A stretch of 64,000 nt of DNA, from contig NW_026864520.1 in assembly GCF_026571515.1 (NCBI RefSeq), positions 1 through 64,000 of the forward strand, given 5' to 3'. A program made the translations under genes and the position numbers. The notes under the pieces are model-generated. The model was not told the origin of the DNA. It made no database searches and saw only the letters and a program-made list of their open reading frames with translations. Positions 1 to 13,859 of this stretch are shown here, piece by piece (position 1 is the first letter of the stretch; every line of letters begins with the position of its first letter). Origin of the DNA: Ruditapes philippinarum. Its lineage: Eukaryota.

Positions 1-2108
1 CGGTCATTCATAGAATAACTCAATGATTTAAATTAGAAACAGCTATGGTCAGTCAGCCATGTTTTGAATGGGAGCTTAAACGGAGAGCACTATGGTACCG
101 TACCTATGTTGATTGATGACCTTTTTTGGATTCAGTATATTTTTTGTTACAGAATATGCTGTCACTACAGTTTCAGCAGACGACCTTCACTTGTCGAAAC
201 ATGAAATTATAAGTTTAACCTATAAATGTGGGGCAAAATAAAGAAGTATTTTAAACACACGGGCAGCTTTGGATTTTCCTATCAATGACAGAAATTTATT
301 TGAAATGAAAAAATTCCTAACAATTTCTATTCAAATTCACAAAAAAGGAGCACTTCCACTTTTATTTTAATGGTGGGAACAGTATTTGGTGGCATTCAAT
401 GTGTAAATAAACAAATTTTTTGATTACATCGGAATGGGCAAGGACGCGGTACCCGCGGGGAGTACTATAATTATATAAAAGACTATAGAACACATGACGG
501 TAAAATCAACATTGGGAAAATCCCTCAGTTAACAATTTGTAACAACTACTGGTGTGTTTTGTAAAACTTCTTTTCTGAGTTGTCTCCTTCCACAATTGTT
601 ATGCTTTTCGACTCAAAAAAAAATGTAAAAATTATCAAGAAAGGAATCAGTAAAAGCATTAATTTAAATAATTGATACATATTTGTCTGTAAGACTGTAA
701 CATGTGATATATAAAAAAGAAGTCTCTCTTTTACCGGATTTACAAGAAACGTGTTCCTGCTTTCAAGAGAATATGCAATATCAAATTATTTTCTTACACT
801 TCAACTTTGTAAATTATTCATAACTTGCTCGCATCTAATGGAAAATTTATGATAATATTATCTCCCTTTGAACAACACGCACTTACGCTTGCTCTATAAA
901 TCAACATGATATCTATTTGGTGTTTAATTCACTATCATTCAAACAAAGCAACGCAGATATATCAAGTTCCATACCGCTTATCTTTTCCTCATTCCCCCGT
1001 CCGTTCGTCCGTCTATTTGTTTGTCAGTCATCTTACATTATGTCCGTTTTTATGGTGACTTATCCAAAATGGTGACCATTAATCAGTAATTTTGCGTAAA
1101 TCTCGTCTTTGGATCATGAAAGAGTTTGAGACTTCATGAACCTGTCGCAACACTATATGGACTTTGTTTTGAATAATGCTCCAAAGGCAAACGATGTATA
1201 TGTTTCATCTTCAGCTGTTCTAACGTAACCAAAGTATTGATGATAGTTAAATTTCATTTTAAATTTCACCAAACCGTTATGTAATCGATATTTGTCTGTA
1301 AATTATGATACCAAAATGAGTAAATATTTGGCTTAAAGAGACATCATGCTAAGTTTTACAGTAATTTACTGTTTATTTCAAAATAATATAATGTTGGTGA
1401 TTGACCATCAGTTTATAGTTTAAAAAATGTTAAGGAGAAAATAATTATCTGCTTAAAATATAACAAGACTGCCCCGCTCATTTTATGAATTGAACGTTGA
1501 GCTATTTACAGAAACCTCCTTTGGCCACTTGAGGTACTTATAGTTCATGCGAAATTAGAATGAATTATGGCAAAATGTAAATTTATCTTCACTCACTATA
1601 TAGTGCTTGGGTGAGCATAATTAAAATACAAAATTTACTTGTAACCAAGTGCACACTTTCTTTTGCTCATTTTTTCTAGCAGTTGTTTAAACATTGTCTT
1701 CAACATACAGTCTCTAATAATGAGCTTCCTAGAATATGCTAGAATGTTGTAATATTTAGTTTCTATTATTATTACCTTAACACAATTTAAAGGCCCATTA
1801 TGCCTCAGAATGCTATTACTCTTATTTCTTTCAGAAGCTTTTATTTGTGTAGTTTTACAGTATCCAGAAAAATACCCATTAGCGAATTACCTTAACCATC
1901 TTTTTCTTCATATGCCTTTTGTCAATAAGTACAGTTATGGTGAAATAGAAGTCAAATTACTTCTTTATTGACATTTTGCTACTTTTCTGACAAATAACTT
2001 TAAATTCGTCGCTACTTTCTTCATATAATAATCATCAAACATACTTTTAAACCATTATTTAACCATAAACATTATAAAACTTATGCTTGACCTTTCTTAA
2101 TAAAGTAA

Positions 2109-2766
2109 TTTTTATGCCCCCACAATGTGGGAGCATAAAGAGTTGCACTTGTCCGTCCGTCCGTCAGTCCGTCCGTACGTCCCGAAATCTTGTGAACGCA
2201 ACTCCTCTTAAACCGGATGGCAGATTTTGCTTAAACTTACAGGGATGGATAACCTTAATGTGTAGATGGTAGTAAAGGAAGGAATTTTCGCTGCGACCAA
2301 AATTTAACAGAATAATGGCCTCTTGTTGATTTTTTCACTAGATACTATGTAGAAATCTTGTGAACGCAACTCCTCTTAAACCGGATGGCAGATTTTGCTT
2401 TAACTTCCAGGGATGAACAACCTTAATGTGTAGATGGCAGTAAAGGAAGGAATTTTTGCTGCAATCAAATTTAACAGAATTATGGCCTTTTGTTAATTTT
2501 TACATTATATACTATGTAGAAATTTTGTGAACGCAACTCCTCTTAAACCGGACGGCAGAGTTTGCTTCAACTTCCAGGGATTAACCACCTTAATGTGTAG
2601 ATGGTAGTAAAGGAAGGAATTTTTGCTGCGACCAAATTTAACAGAATTATGGCCCTTTGTTGATTTTTAGTTTTCAACTTGTGGCACATGTAGTCCAAAA
2701 ATATTTGGCATTGACAGAACAGTGGCGTGTGGGGGCATCCGTGTCCTATGGACACATTTCTAGTTT
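2109..2766 (+). mobile_element. Helentron-associated non-autonomous element (HINE; DINE-1/CvA-pearl-like)
   Basis: 5' TTTTTATGCCCCCAC and 3' GTGGGGGCAT subterminal inverted repeats; (GTCC)n microsatellite at ~2151-2182; three ~167-168 bp core repeats starting 2184, 2352, 2519; 3' hairpin GTGTCC-TAT-GGACAC followed by TTCTAGTTTT. Confidence 0.88.
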
Positions 2767-3376
2767 TATTTATTTCTGAGACATAATGTGGCTTTAAGAT
2801 AACTCAGGATATTAGGTTAAATAGATCGTGTTGGATCTGCCAAATACATGTATATGGAATTTATCATGCATATAGCATACAAATCTTCGTTTATGAGATA
2901 CGGTTAAGTAATATTTATTGCTTATAATTGTTATTTTCTCTCATAGAAAATAAAATATTTTCAAATATATAGTTACTTTTTTATTGCTAACAAATTATGT
3001 TTTAACTCATAGAGGTATTTGCAAATACAATGTATGAAAGTAACTTCGTTAAAGTGATATTACTCTAAGCCCATCCAAGGGTATATAGTGTTAAATTTAG
3101 TTTACAAATTGCCATAATTCTTTTAAATATAGCGCATAGGAAAGATAACTCAAATGTCCCGAGGAAATTTGAAATCTGAACGTGTAACGTTCAATTTCAA
3201 AAAAAGAGTGGGCAGTCTTTTTTATCTTTTAAGCAGTTTTATAAATTTTCCTTTAAATTTTATATAATCTCAACTGTTGGTGCATCAGGGAACTTTTATA
3301 TGAAGCATAAAATTGTGCTATTTCAAAAGATTGAGGTATGGATCTAAGGACTTTCAGTCCAAAATTATGACCAATG

Positions 3377-4175
3377 CTAGATCTGCAATGCAACAATAAT
3401 TTAATTAAAGAAATAAAATGAAACACAGAATCTAAAATTCTATCATGTTAAGGTTTGACCTCTTAGTGTGACCTTGACCTTGAGGGTAGGGATGCAGGTG
3501 TTGTGTATGACATATCGTCTTATTATTGTAACTATTTGTGCTCAGTATTTTTAAAATCCCTTGAACTATAAAGAAAGTCTAGATCGGACACAAAATATAC
3601 CCTATAACAGACTATGTTAATTTGTATCTCTAAGTGTGACCTTGACCTTAAAGGTAGGGATGAAGATGTTGCGCATGACATATCGTCGTATTATTGTGAA
3701 AATTTGTGCCAAATATTTTCAAAAGCCTTTAATCTATGAAAAAAAGTTATGGACCGAACACAAAATAGACCCTATAAAAGACTATGTAAATCTTTGACCT
3801 CCAAGTGGGACCCGACCTTGGAGGTAGGTAGTTTGTTGCGTATGACACATCTTGTTAATATTGTAAACAATAGTGGCAAACAAGTATTAAAAAAACCCAT
3901 TCAAAGAAAACAAAGCAATGGACAAAACATATATCCTAAAAAAGACAAATGTTGACATTGATTGAGCAAGTGCGACCTTGACCCTGGAGGTAGGGGTCTG
4001 GTTGCGCGCATGACACAGCGTCTTATTATAACAAACATTTGTGTCAAATGATTATAAATTCCTTTGATAAATAACAAAGTTATGGACCGGACACGAAAGT
4101 GTGACGGACGGGAGGACAAACGGACGGAGCCTATTTCTATATTCCTCTTTTTTCTTCGAAATGGCGGGGCAAAAT
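3377..4175 (-). mobile_element. Second HINE/Helentron-derived element with four ~168 bp GTGACCTTGACCTT core repeats
   Basis: GTGACCTTGACC-like motif at ~3468, 3636, 3806, 3971 (period ~168); GACGGACG microsatellite at ~4103-4128; ends GGCGGGGCAAAA, i.e. the element head on the minus strand. Left boundary approximate. Confidence 0.82.
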
Positions 4176-5029
4176 TACAATTTACGTTAAGAAATCAATT
4201 CTCAGTATGTGTTAACTCAGTTGACTTTGACAGTGATACAATAAGCATTTGTCACTTTAAATTATTGTATGTTTATCTAATCAGGTCAACTATGGCAATG
4301 AATGACTAACATTTTGTGTTTTAAAGAATAGCTCAATCTAAAAATTTAAATTTGGTATAACACACGTTTTAAATTTTTCAAAAAACTTTCATTTATGGAA
4401 ACTGGATTATTTTATAAATCAGCTGTTACAGTAAATGAAAAGTCATCGAGGGTCAACACAAACGTACACATAAATAACCTCAACATTTATAACTGGAACT
4501 TGTTATATAGCAAAAATATTGTTCAGCTGATCACACATTATATACATTATATGAGAACATTGTGGTATTAAACAGACATAATTTACAACACAGATTATAT
4601 GTTGAGGAAATAATATGCAGAGGAACAATGATATATGGTTTAATATTTACAGAAAATTGTCAATACGGAAGGAAATGTATTTCAATTTATGACAAACGAG
4701 GGATTTCCAGAATGCCGTAACTCATAAATTTTAGTACAGCGTAATAATGCTGAGTTTTTAGCAAGCTTTATTGCCTATAAGTAATACGACTTGGTATAAA
4801 GTTTTTAATCTACCTTCCCCATAATGCACCTGAACAAAATAGCAACGAGATCCGCAAAAATCTTCACCAAAAATTCCTACTGGTACAACACAACATATCT
4901 TACGAAAGTCTAACCTGGAAATATGCCCAACAACCTACATATTAACTCTTTACTTCATTCTAAAACTCGTGTGTAAGGAAAATAACGAAACAAGGAATTA
5001 TTAAAGTACCTAGAACAAACCAGCGGTCA

Positions 5030-5230
5030 CGTTCTTAGCACCACTTTTCGACGAAAATAACTATTTTGGCGTCAATGTTAACAATTTGGTTAAGGTCTAT
5101 TTTCTCAGAAAAACTATAACAACTATTCACATTAAATTTTGGGTAAATGTTTATTGTTTATGCGCCATTTCAAAAAGGGCAGATAATTCTCAAATTATTT
5201 TTTAAGTTATGTCCCATTTTCTTTCTTGCT
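5030..5230 (+). mobile_element. Degenerate HINE fragment (paralog at ~15597-15810)
   Basis: TTCTTAGC(A/C)CCACTTTTCG head, GGCGTC, TTCTCAGAAAAACT, GATAATTCT...TTATGCCCCT core motifs typical of molluscan HINEs; present in both duplication copies. Confidence 0.55.
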
Positions 5231-7972
5231 TTTGCCTGTCAGCTCAAATTCATAGTAAAATATATACAAGAATTTTTCGTCGCACAATACAGTACACGTT
5301 GTATTGCTTATAGTATAACCACAATCCCTTGATTTGACCGTACATTGTTCAACTGGTCGGCAGAGTTTTTTTTTTTTTTTTTTTAAATAAATGGCTGTTT
5401 TTTTCAGCATAACATATTAATAAAACGATTATTTATTCCTAAAAATCATTATATGTGTGACTATCTTATAGAATAGCTCCTGTATCTTTAAAAAGTAAAT
5501 AAGTATAGAATTAAGTGACATAGCAATACCGTCTAGCTTTCTTTCATGTAAATTAGTAAAAATAATCAGCAGAAAGAAAGAAATAATTGTACACTGAAGC
5601 ACTTATGTTTTGCTGACAATGCATTTACAGTATACGTATTTAACATAATCGTGTGACCAGACAGATACTTATATATATGAATATTTATATGAATAAGATT
5701 TGCAGTCGAAAATGTAAAAATTGATGAGCTTTTTTTCCGGTTTAAAAAGCTCCTCCAGACGTAAATATCAATACAGAACAATAGACAAATAAAACAACAA
5801 GTCTTTTTACGAGATTAAAGTGTTTTATAATGAAATTACAGAAATATCTCTAGTAATTACATGTCGGCCTTTTATCATCCTTCTTATATGACTAAAGCTA
5901 AATAGTTTCTTAATTTTTTTTTAACATTCTGCAATTAATGTATTAAAGTACATTCGTAAAGTCTGTTTCGGTTGACAAAATTGTCAACGTGACATTATAA
6001 CATTACCGAAATGAACTGAAATTACTTACGTATTACGGCTTGACCTATATTCAAACTTAAAATTGCTGAGCAAGGTAAATAAAATATTTCAGTTCAATAC
6101 AAAAACAAATTGGAAGTGTGTTCCGTCAGACTTCCTATACTTATCCATTAAAACCACGTTAACATGTTACTTTCATTTGTATGACTTGAGTATAAAAATT
6201 GTTTTTTTTTTCAAAGAGCCAAACAGAATTAATACATCTACCATTAATACATTATTCTCTTTCTTCCATTATCTTTAGTGGCACTTCTCGCTGATATTTC
6301 GCAAAATTTGAATGAATCTATGAAAATAAACGAGCATTGATTGCCAATTAAGAAATAGATGTGTAATTAATAAAGATTCTGAAGACTTTGTATCACCATA
6401 CACATCATTTACAATGTATACAGCTACAAGTAATCAAATATTTTCATAAACGTTATAAACAAATATAAACAAAGTTAGTTTCATTATCTTCGGTAGATTC
6501 TCTAAACAGTTGTGACATAGAATCTCTCATTTATTTTACAGATATAAGTATTTAGGATAAACGAAAATAAAATGTTTCGGATTAGAACAAAATATTACAT
6601 GTATGCAGTTTTATACAGGCAGCAATTATTTCTTGCTTAAGCCAATCGCTCTTGAAGGAAATATACAAATATATTTCAGGACATATGCAAACATATTTCT
6701 GTGACATAGAGATTTTATAATCATTCTCTTTCAAATATTTTGTAAACTAAAGGAGCAGGTACTTGTCTTCACAGACTAAAACAATGACTTGAAAAGAAAG
6801 TAATGCCATAGTCATATTTCTAGACTTCGAACAATTCCGGCACAAGTAATTATATTAATCATTTTTTTAACAAGTCTAAGAAACTCTGAACTTATTTTAA
6901 GATATTTCATGTAGAAAATTGCATGTTTAATAATCAATTGATCAATGAATCATAATTTCTGATAAATGTATATTTATCTTCTATAAAAATGAGTAAAATA
7001 TTACTGAATATTATCCGAATATAGTATAAATATAATAAAGAATGCAGATATTTCTCATGAAACTGGGGGATAACAACTCATTCAATTTCTAAATTTTGTA
7101 ATGCATTTATCTTGCATTTCTATTGCTATCAAATAAGTTTCAGATAATTACCACCGGAACAATAATAATTCCAGCAGAATTGAGGAAAATATGTCTTATA
7201 TAAAATATATAATTATTAAATATATAAATAACAGACAGCATCGACAACTATGATGTATTCTTTGCAAACATTTGTGACATCAGGGACAAAAAAACAAAAA
7301 CAAACAAAAACAGTTGTCCCAGGTGACATTAAAGTTTCATGATTCCAGACATTTCAAAATACTAGTATATGAAAAAATGTGCTAAGTTCATAAAAAAAGT
7401 AAAAAGATTGAAGATAAGATTTAAACAATAATTTACATGACATGTTCTGTGCGATTGAAGACTGATTAACCATATTTTGTAACTATACTTCTACTGCGTG
7501 TAATGTGTGACTAACGTAGTAAGGGCTATTTTTGCATATTTTGATCCCCTTTTGGTAATTTAAATGGATTGTAAGTGCCGTATGCAATGTGTTAATTATT
7601 TTGTTTGTTCACTTTACAATATATTACATAGAAAAAAAAACACACATTTTACACAATATTCATGGAAATTAACATGAATTTGGAGTTTTGCTGTTTTAAA
7701 GAAGTGCCCAAAATCTTATGTCAGTCATAAAATTGAAATGTTTTCTTTTACGCACGCAGAAGTTTTTTTTCTTTCTGGAATGACTCCTGATATCGGGATT
7801 TGAATATGGAGATGAAAAAAAAAAAAGCAAAATAATCATACTAAAACTAACAAACAAAATAACGCCGGAAATATGAGATAAAAAGTAACATTTTGGAAAA
7901 AGCTGACGTCATGCTTTTTCCAAAAACCTGATAATAACAATATTTTAATGTTATAGGTGTACTTTTTACAGT

Positions 7973-8077
7973 TCAAGTAAGCACTTCTTTGATTGGAATA
8001 CTTCTTTCTCTTTCAAAAACCGATGCCGAATCTAACACATCAATCAAGAACTCTTCAAATTCAATCATACTTATCAT
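7973..8077 (-). CDS. Candidate 34-aa small ORF MISMIEFEEFLIDVLDSASVFERERSIPIKEVLT
   Basis: Begins 12 nt after predicted acceptor at 8090; intact in paralog 18663-18767 with two amino-acid changes and TGA/TAA stop swap. Upstream ATGs in the predicted leader weaken the call. Confidence 0.15.
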   Translation of the reverse strand: MISMIEFEEFLIDVLDSASVFERERSIPIKEVLT

Positions 8078-8459
8078 ACTTTATAACATCTATGAAGGTT
8101 TGGATAAACATAAAATTAAACTGAAATAATCTTATCTTGATTAAAGTGTAGAAATTTACAGTTTCATAAAGCACTACAGTTTACAAACAAGATGCATCAT
8201 TATACACTAATGCAGTATGATAACTCCATGTTTAACACATGATTTATGCATGATGTAATAGACAAGCAAAGTAAGCAAAATACAAAAATCTAAATAATTA
8301 AATAAAAATGCATAATTATGCTGACCTTTGTTACCACAGCAAAGTATATATTTTATAACGTACCTATTTGTTTCCCGACCCAAATGTTCGGCACCTGATA
8401 TAGCCCTTAAACCTTATAAAATACATACGCGAGCAAACCTTTAACTTTAACTGCTAAGT

Positions 8460-8529
8460 GATCACGCCTTTTTAATTTGAATTTAAATGCTCCACTAACC
8501 TAGTAAGACAGACATGCGAATAAGCTCAC
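8460..8529 (-). promoter_or_regulatory. Conserved promoter-like module P1
   Basis: GATCAC (8460), CCACTAACC (8492), ATGCGAATAAGCTCAC (8514), ~100 bp upstream of a conserved minus-strand splice donor; same order in paralogs. Confidence 0.5.
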
Positions 8530-9160
8530 ACAAAACATAAAAGATAGATGGCGATATCCATATGCAACAAATCTTTAATTCATTTAAAGCTGTTAATTGT
8601 GACCACTCAAGCTGAACTGTTATATATTATTTGATTTTAAAATCTGATTATGAGCATTAATTTGATAAAATAAAACATAAAAAAGATGAAATTGAAATAA
8701 AACACATAAAAGTCCATTATTTATACATGGTATAATTGATACAGCGTCTTTACACTTTTAACTGACCTTGTCGTCAAACTGATACAATTGTACTTTATTC
8801 ATAACGATTTGATCGGTATTATACGTCTTTCTTTGCCCACAAAAAATATATATTAAAGTAACAAAGTATTATTTTAATGAAAAATTGTATTAATGACAGT
8901 TGAATTGATATATAAATTACAATTAAAACTTTGTTGCAGTTGATATATAAACTATAAATTCATATTTAACGATTTTTCTTCAGAAGTAAACTATTAGCAT
9001 GATTAATTGTCTTTGGATCAAGTACAATGTATTTGTATTTTCTTGTCGTTATAATCTAAATTCTGGTATTTGTTTTGTAAATGATAGTTTTATGAAATTA
9101 AGGATAGGTAGACGCTGTCTATTATAATAAACATAAAATAAAACAGGAAAAAGGAAACGC

Positions 9161-9590
9161 TCCAAACGGCAAAACTGAAAATGTTGCAGGGCTTGGTTTG
9201 ATTAAGTCTGCTCATGGACGGTAAAGATTATTGAAATCTACCGTTTACACCCCTAGCACCAACCAAAGCAGAATTTCAATAAGAACATGGTAAAATAGAA
9301 ACGTCTGCAGATCTGTTCATACGACGGCTACCATGGTACCTTTAGTGTGACCCTCTTTTAATGTGACACGCTAGTGTCATTCTATGAAATGCGACATAAG
9401 GTTTCAAAGTAAACGAATAGGTGTGAAACATTGGCCAAAACTAAATGAAATGGACTAAGAAGGAGGATCAGAGCTTATGTAGCCTGCATATCACAGATAA
9501 GACGTCAAAAGACAGGCCAAAGCAGGCAAAAAAAACAATATTTATACAATATTCAAGAAGGAATACTTGAACCGCCCAACTAGACAAAGA
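9161..9590 (+). repeat. ~430 bp interspersed repeat (unclassified); copies at 19786-20230 (+), 13860-14310 (inverted), fragment at ~26618-26700
   Basis: Shared blocks AATGTTGCAGG..CTCGGTTT, CATGGACGGTAA, GCAGAATT, ATATCACAGATAAGA, ATTCAAG.AGGAATACT found directly and as reverse complement. Confidence 0.75.
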
Positions 9591-10311
9591 AAGCATAAAG
9601 AAAGATATGGCATGTTAAATTGTATAAATCTGCTGCAAAGATAATCATCAAAACATATTTTCATGCATATTTTGTTTATGCGTCCTTAACATCAAATACG
9701 ACATACATGAATAAATTGATAGCCATGCTTGCTTTTTGTTACGGTTCAATAGCTTAAATATATTATTTAACAGCAAAAGTTTTCATCAGTTTATTTTTCC
9801 ATTTTATTTCTTAGCAACTGGATATGGGAAATGAAATAATTCTATATGGAACTCAAGATATTGAGAAAGCATGATAATTGAAATTGCTTTTTTAAGCCAA
9901 AGCAATTCAGTGTCAAGGACTTACAATCTAGCTTTGTTTTCTGATAAATTGTTTATGTACTGTTTCATTTAACGCAATTATATTTAATATAACATTGAAA
10001 TTTTATTAACTCGTGTGTACTATTTCTGAATCTCACACAAACATGAAGAAACTAATATCTCTGAAACATACCGCTCTTGATAAATAGGTGGATGGATAGT
10101 TTTGTGTACACAATTTTCAAACAATTAAACAATGTATTAAAAGGATGTGATTACGTAATGTTTGTATTATGAGATATCAATCATATTGAAGACATGAACA
10201 AGGGTAACATATAGGCAGATGAAAAAAAAAACATTATAAAAGAATTTTAAGGCTATGTACTCGTATACAATTATAAATTACGGAGATGTCAACCATGATG
10301 ATAAGTGAGAC

Positions 10312-11887
10312 ATGAATCATTTTAATATGTTAGATATCAATCATGTTGATATGTTAGATATCAATCAGGTTAATATGTTAGATATCAATCAGGTTAATAT
10401 ATTAGATATCAATCAGGTTAATATGTTAGATATCAATCAGGTTAATATATTAGATATCAATCAGGTTAATATGTTAGATATCAATCAGGTTGATATGTTA
10501 GATATCAATCATGTTGATATGTTAGATATCAATCAGGTTAATATGTTAGATATCAATCAGGTTAATATATTAGATATTAATCAGGTTAATATGTTAGATA
10601 TCAATCAGGTTGATATGTTAGATATCAATCAGGTTAATATGTTAGATATCAATCATGTTGATATGTTAGATATCAATCAGGTTGATATGTTAGATATCAA
10701 TCAGGTTGATATGTTAGATATCAATCATGTTGATATGTTAGATATCAATCAGGTTAATATGTTAGATATCAATCATGTTGATATGTTAGATACCAATCAG
10801 GTTAATATGTTAGATATCAATCAGGTTAATATGTTAGATACCAATCAGGTTAATATGTTAGATATCAATCAGGTTAATATGTTAGATATCAATCAGGTTA
10901 ATATGTTAGATATCAATGAGGTTAATATGTTAGATATCAATCATGTTGATATGTTAGATATCAATCATGTTGATATGCTAGATATCAATCAGGTTAATAT
11001 GTTAGATATCAATCAGGTTAATATATTAGATATTAATCAGGTTAATATGTTAGATACCAATCAGGTTAATATGTTAGATATCAATCAGGTTAATATGTTA
11101 GATATCAATGAGGTTAATATGTTAGATATCAATCAGGTTAATATGTTAGATATCAATCAGGTTAATATGTTAGATATCAATCATGTTGATATGTTAGATA
11201 TCAATCAGGTTAATATGTTAGATATCAATCATGTTGATATGTTAGATATCAATCAGGTTAATATGTTAGATATCAATCATGTTGATATGTTAGATATCAA
11301 TCATGTTGATATGTTAGATATCAATCATGTTGATATGTTAGATATCAATCAGGTTGATATGTTAGATATCAATCAGGTTAATATGTTAGATATCAATCAG
11401 GTTAATATGTTAGATATCAATCAGGTTAATATGTTAGATATCAATCAGGTTGATATGTTAGATATCAATCATGTTGATATGTTAGATATCAATCAGGTTA
11501 ATATGTTAGATATCAATCAGGTTAATATGTTAGATATCAATCAGGTTGATATGTTAGATATCAATCAGGTTAATATGTTAGATATCAATCATGTTGATAT
11601 GTTAGATATCAATCAGGTTAATATGTTAGATATCAATCATGTTGATATGTTAGATATCAATCATGTTGATATGTTAGATATCAATCAGGTTGATATGTTA
11701 GATATCAATCAGGTTAATATGTTAGATATCAATCAGGTTAATATGTTAGATATCAATCATGTTGATATGCTAGATATCAATCAGGTTAATATGTTAGATA
11801 TCAATCGGGTTAATATATTAGATATTAATCAGGTTAATATGTTAGATATCAATCAGGTTGATATGTTAGATATCAATCAGGTTAATA
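10312..11887 (+). repeat. 24-bp minisatellite, ~65 copies (ATGTTAGATATCAATCAGGTTAAT / ...CATGTTGAT variants)
   Basis: Highly homogeneous tandem array; yields the 535-aa MLDINQVN/MLDINHVD ORF because one frame lacks stops. Confidence 0.97.
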
Positions 11888-13859
11888 CAGCATACATTGC
11901 GCAAGTACGCCAGTGTTAGCAAAAAAGTTTTTTTCGGTTTAAATACTCGCAAGGTCAAGTCATTTGCTAATATTTGCTCTGGATTTCTTTTTAACTTTCA
12001 TAACATTAGGTTCTTATTAATTCATTTTATGTTTGTTTACCACTGCCATATTTACACACCGTGTAAACTATTTCATCTTGACCTTATATATTTATTTTAT
12101 TTTAGTCTAACGTTGTTACTAGTATTTAAATCAAATATTTAACATGTTATAGTTAAAAGACCGGAAACCTATTTACAGGCAAATGGTAACCACTTAATTG
12201 ACAACAACTGAAGGAAAATTTAACAATTTGACATTTTGGTTTTTGCAATTATTTAAGTTTCTTGTGTGTACATGTATGAAGAGAAGAATCGTTTTTACGA
12301 ATGAAAGTATAATTTACATTTACTAAAATTCAACTTGACTTCAAATCAGTACAAAGTAATTAAATGAAGTACAGCTATCGTTTGAAGCAAGGAGCATGAT
12401 ACTGTCTTAGTTATTCGTTTTATATATAAAAAAAGCCGGTGAACATTTGTGAAAATCAATTTTGTTTTATTAAAAACGTGATACGTCTGTAAACAGTCCC
12501 CATCAAGAAAAAAACCCAAACAAAACAAAAACAGTATCAACAACAACATCACCACCAACAACAACAAGGAATCAAAATCATTAAGTGTTTACGATGTGGA
12601 AGGATGATGATGTTGTGATCAATGAATATAAAGAGCAATGCCTCCTGCATCGTGTTAACACCTAAAGCTCTTTTATTACATGGCTCATTAGAATATCAAT
12701 TCAGATTTTGTTCATTTAAATATAGATAAAGTTTCCTTTTAAAAGGAAAGGCTTGTGCAGTTGTGTCATCATCCCATCCCTTTAAAAATGATCTTAAAAT
12801 AACCCTCCTAAATCAACTCTTTATGAGAAAGAAATAATTATATATAAAAAAATAATAAATTGACCTTTTATACCAGTAAAAAACAATGTACCTATGTTTT
12901 TACAGGTATAGAGGGTCAATTTATTATCACTGTTTTTTTAATTATTTGCATATCATAAAGGGTTAATTTAGGATTTTTTTTCGAAAAAAAAAGTTTCACT
13001 GTTAAAAGGGTAGGTAGGGTAACCCCAAGACTGGACAAGCACCTGTGCCCATTTGTGCCACCAGTGTTAATCATGCAAATTGGACAAAAAAGGACAAGAA
13101 GTCCACTGATTATAACTGAACCGGAACATTCTGACGATAACAATAACATTTTTGTTTAAAAAGAATATCTTTTGTCAAAAAAGACTTGAAATCTATTCTC
13201 TATTGTATAAAAGTAATAAAAATTAATCAATCCTAAAAATACTAACATTGGCTCTCCCACGTGGAGGAAATAAAAGTATCTATCTATCATACTGAAGGGA
13301 AACAAGTGTGCACATTTCTTTTTTCACTTTTTTTCGCAGAAAGAGTCATTCGTTTTGGCAGTTGCTAATTTCATTTAAATAGCAGCTTTATAGACAAGTA
13401 AATGCACTAAAAGACTTCGTTACGTGATACCAATTAATATGCATGTATCAACTATGTTACACCTAAAATATCTATGTCACTTGTCTATTGATCACAGATA
13501 TACCGACAACACAGGATGCGCTATCTGTAGATCAGCACGTGGTAATTAATGTAATGATATGCATGGGCTATTTTTAGATAACCGGTCTCCACATTAGAAT
13601 TGCCTTTAAATATAAGACACAGTAGATCTAGACAAATGTGATAGAGCTATACAACGCACTAATTCTCTGTGTAATTCAGTCACGATCTTTTGGTCCTTTG
13701 GAGACGAAATACTACTACAGTACACAGGTGGCAATATCAGTGTTTTATATTTTATATTATTATCAGTGATGTTATATTTTCGATCCTTGAAGATCGTTCA
13801 GCATGACATTATTGTTGTGTAAACATTTTATATGGTATTTTTAGTTTCTTGAATTTGGA

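Larger units (their letters stand above)
6318..8530 (-). ncRNA. Putative spliced transcription unit P1 (no conserved long ORF)
   Basis: Promoter module 8460-8529; donor AATAG|GTACGT at 8363; acceptor TTTAG|ATTTTTG at 8290 (74-nt intron); donor AAACT|GTAAAT at 8159; acceptor CTTCATAG| at 8090 (70-nt intron); further intron 6318-6396 (GTGATA...TTTCATAG). The first three sites are homologous to those of P2, P4 and P6. Transcription is inferred, not shown. Confidence 0.4.

Noticed and set aside
440-470. CGCGGTACCCGCG hairpin as a Helitron 3' end
   Set aside because: Short stem, no clear CTRR terminus and no identifiable 5' end within the window.
10312-11919. 535-aa MLDINQVN-repeat ORF as a genuine protein-coding gene
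   Set aside because: Entirely a 24-bp minisatellite; no signal peptide or unique domain; the paralogous array has in-frame stops (e.g. GAT AAG TAA at ~21009) and an indel; almost no synonymous variation between units.
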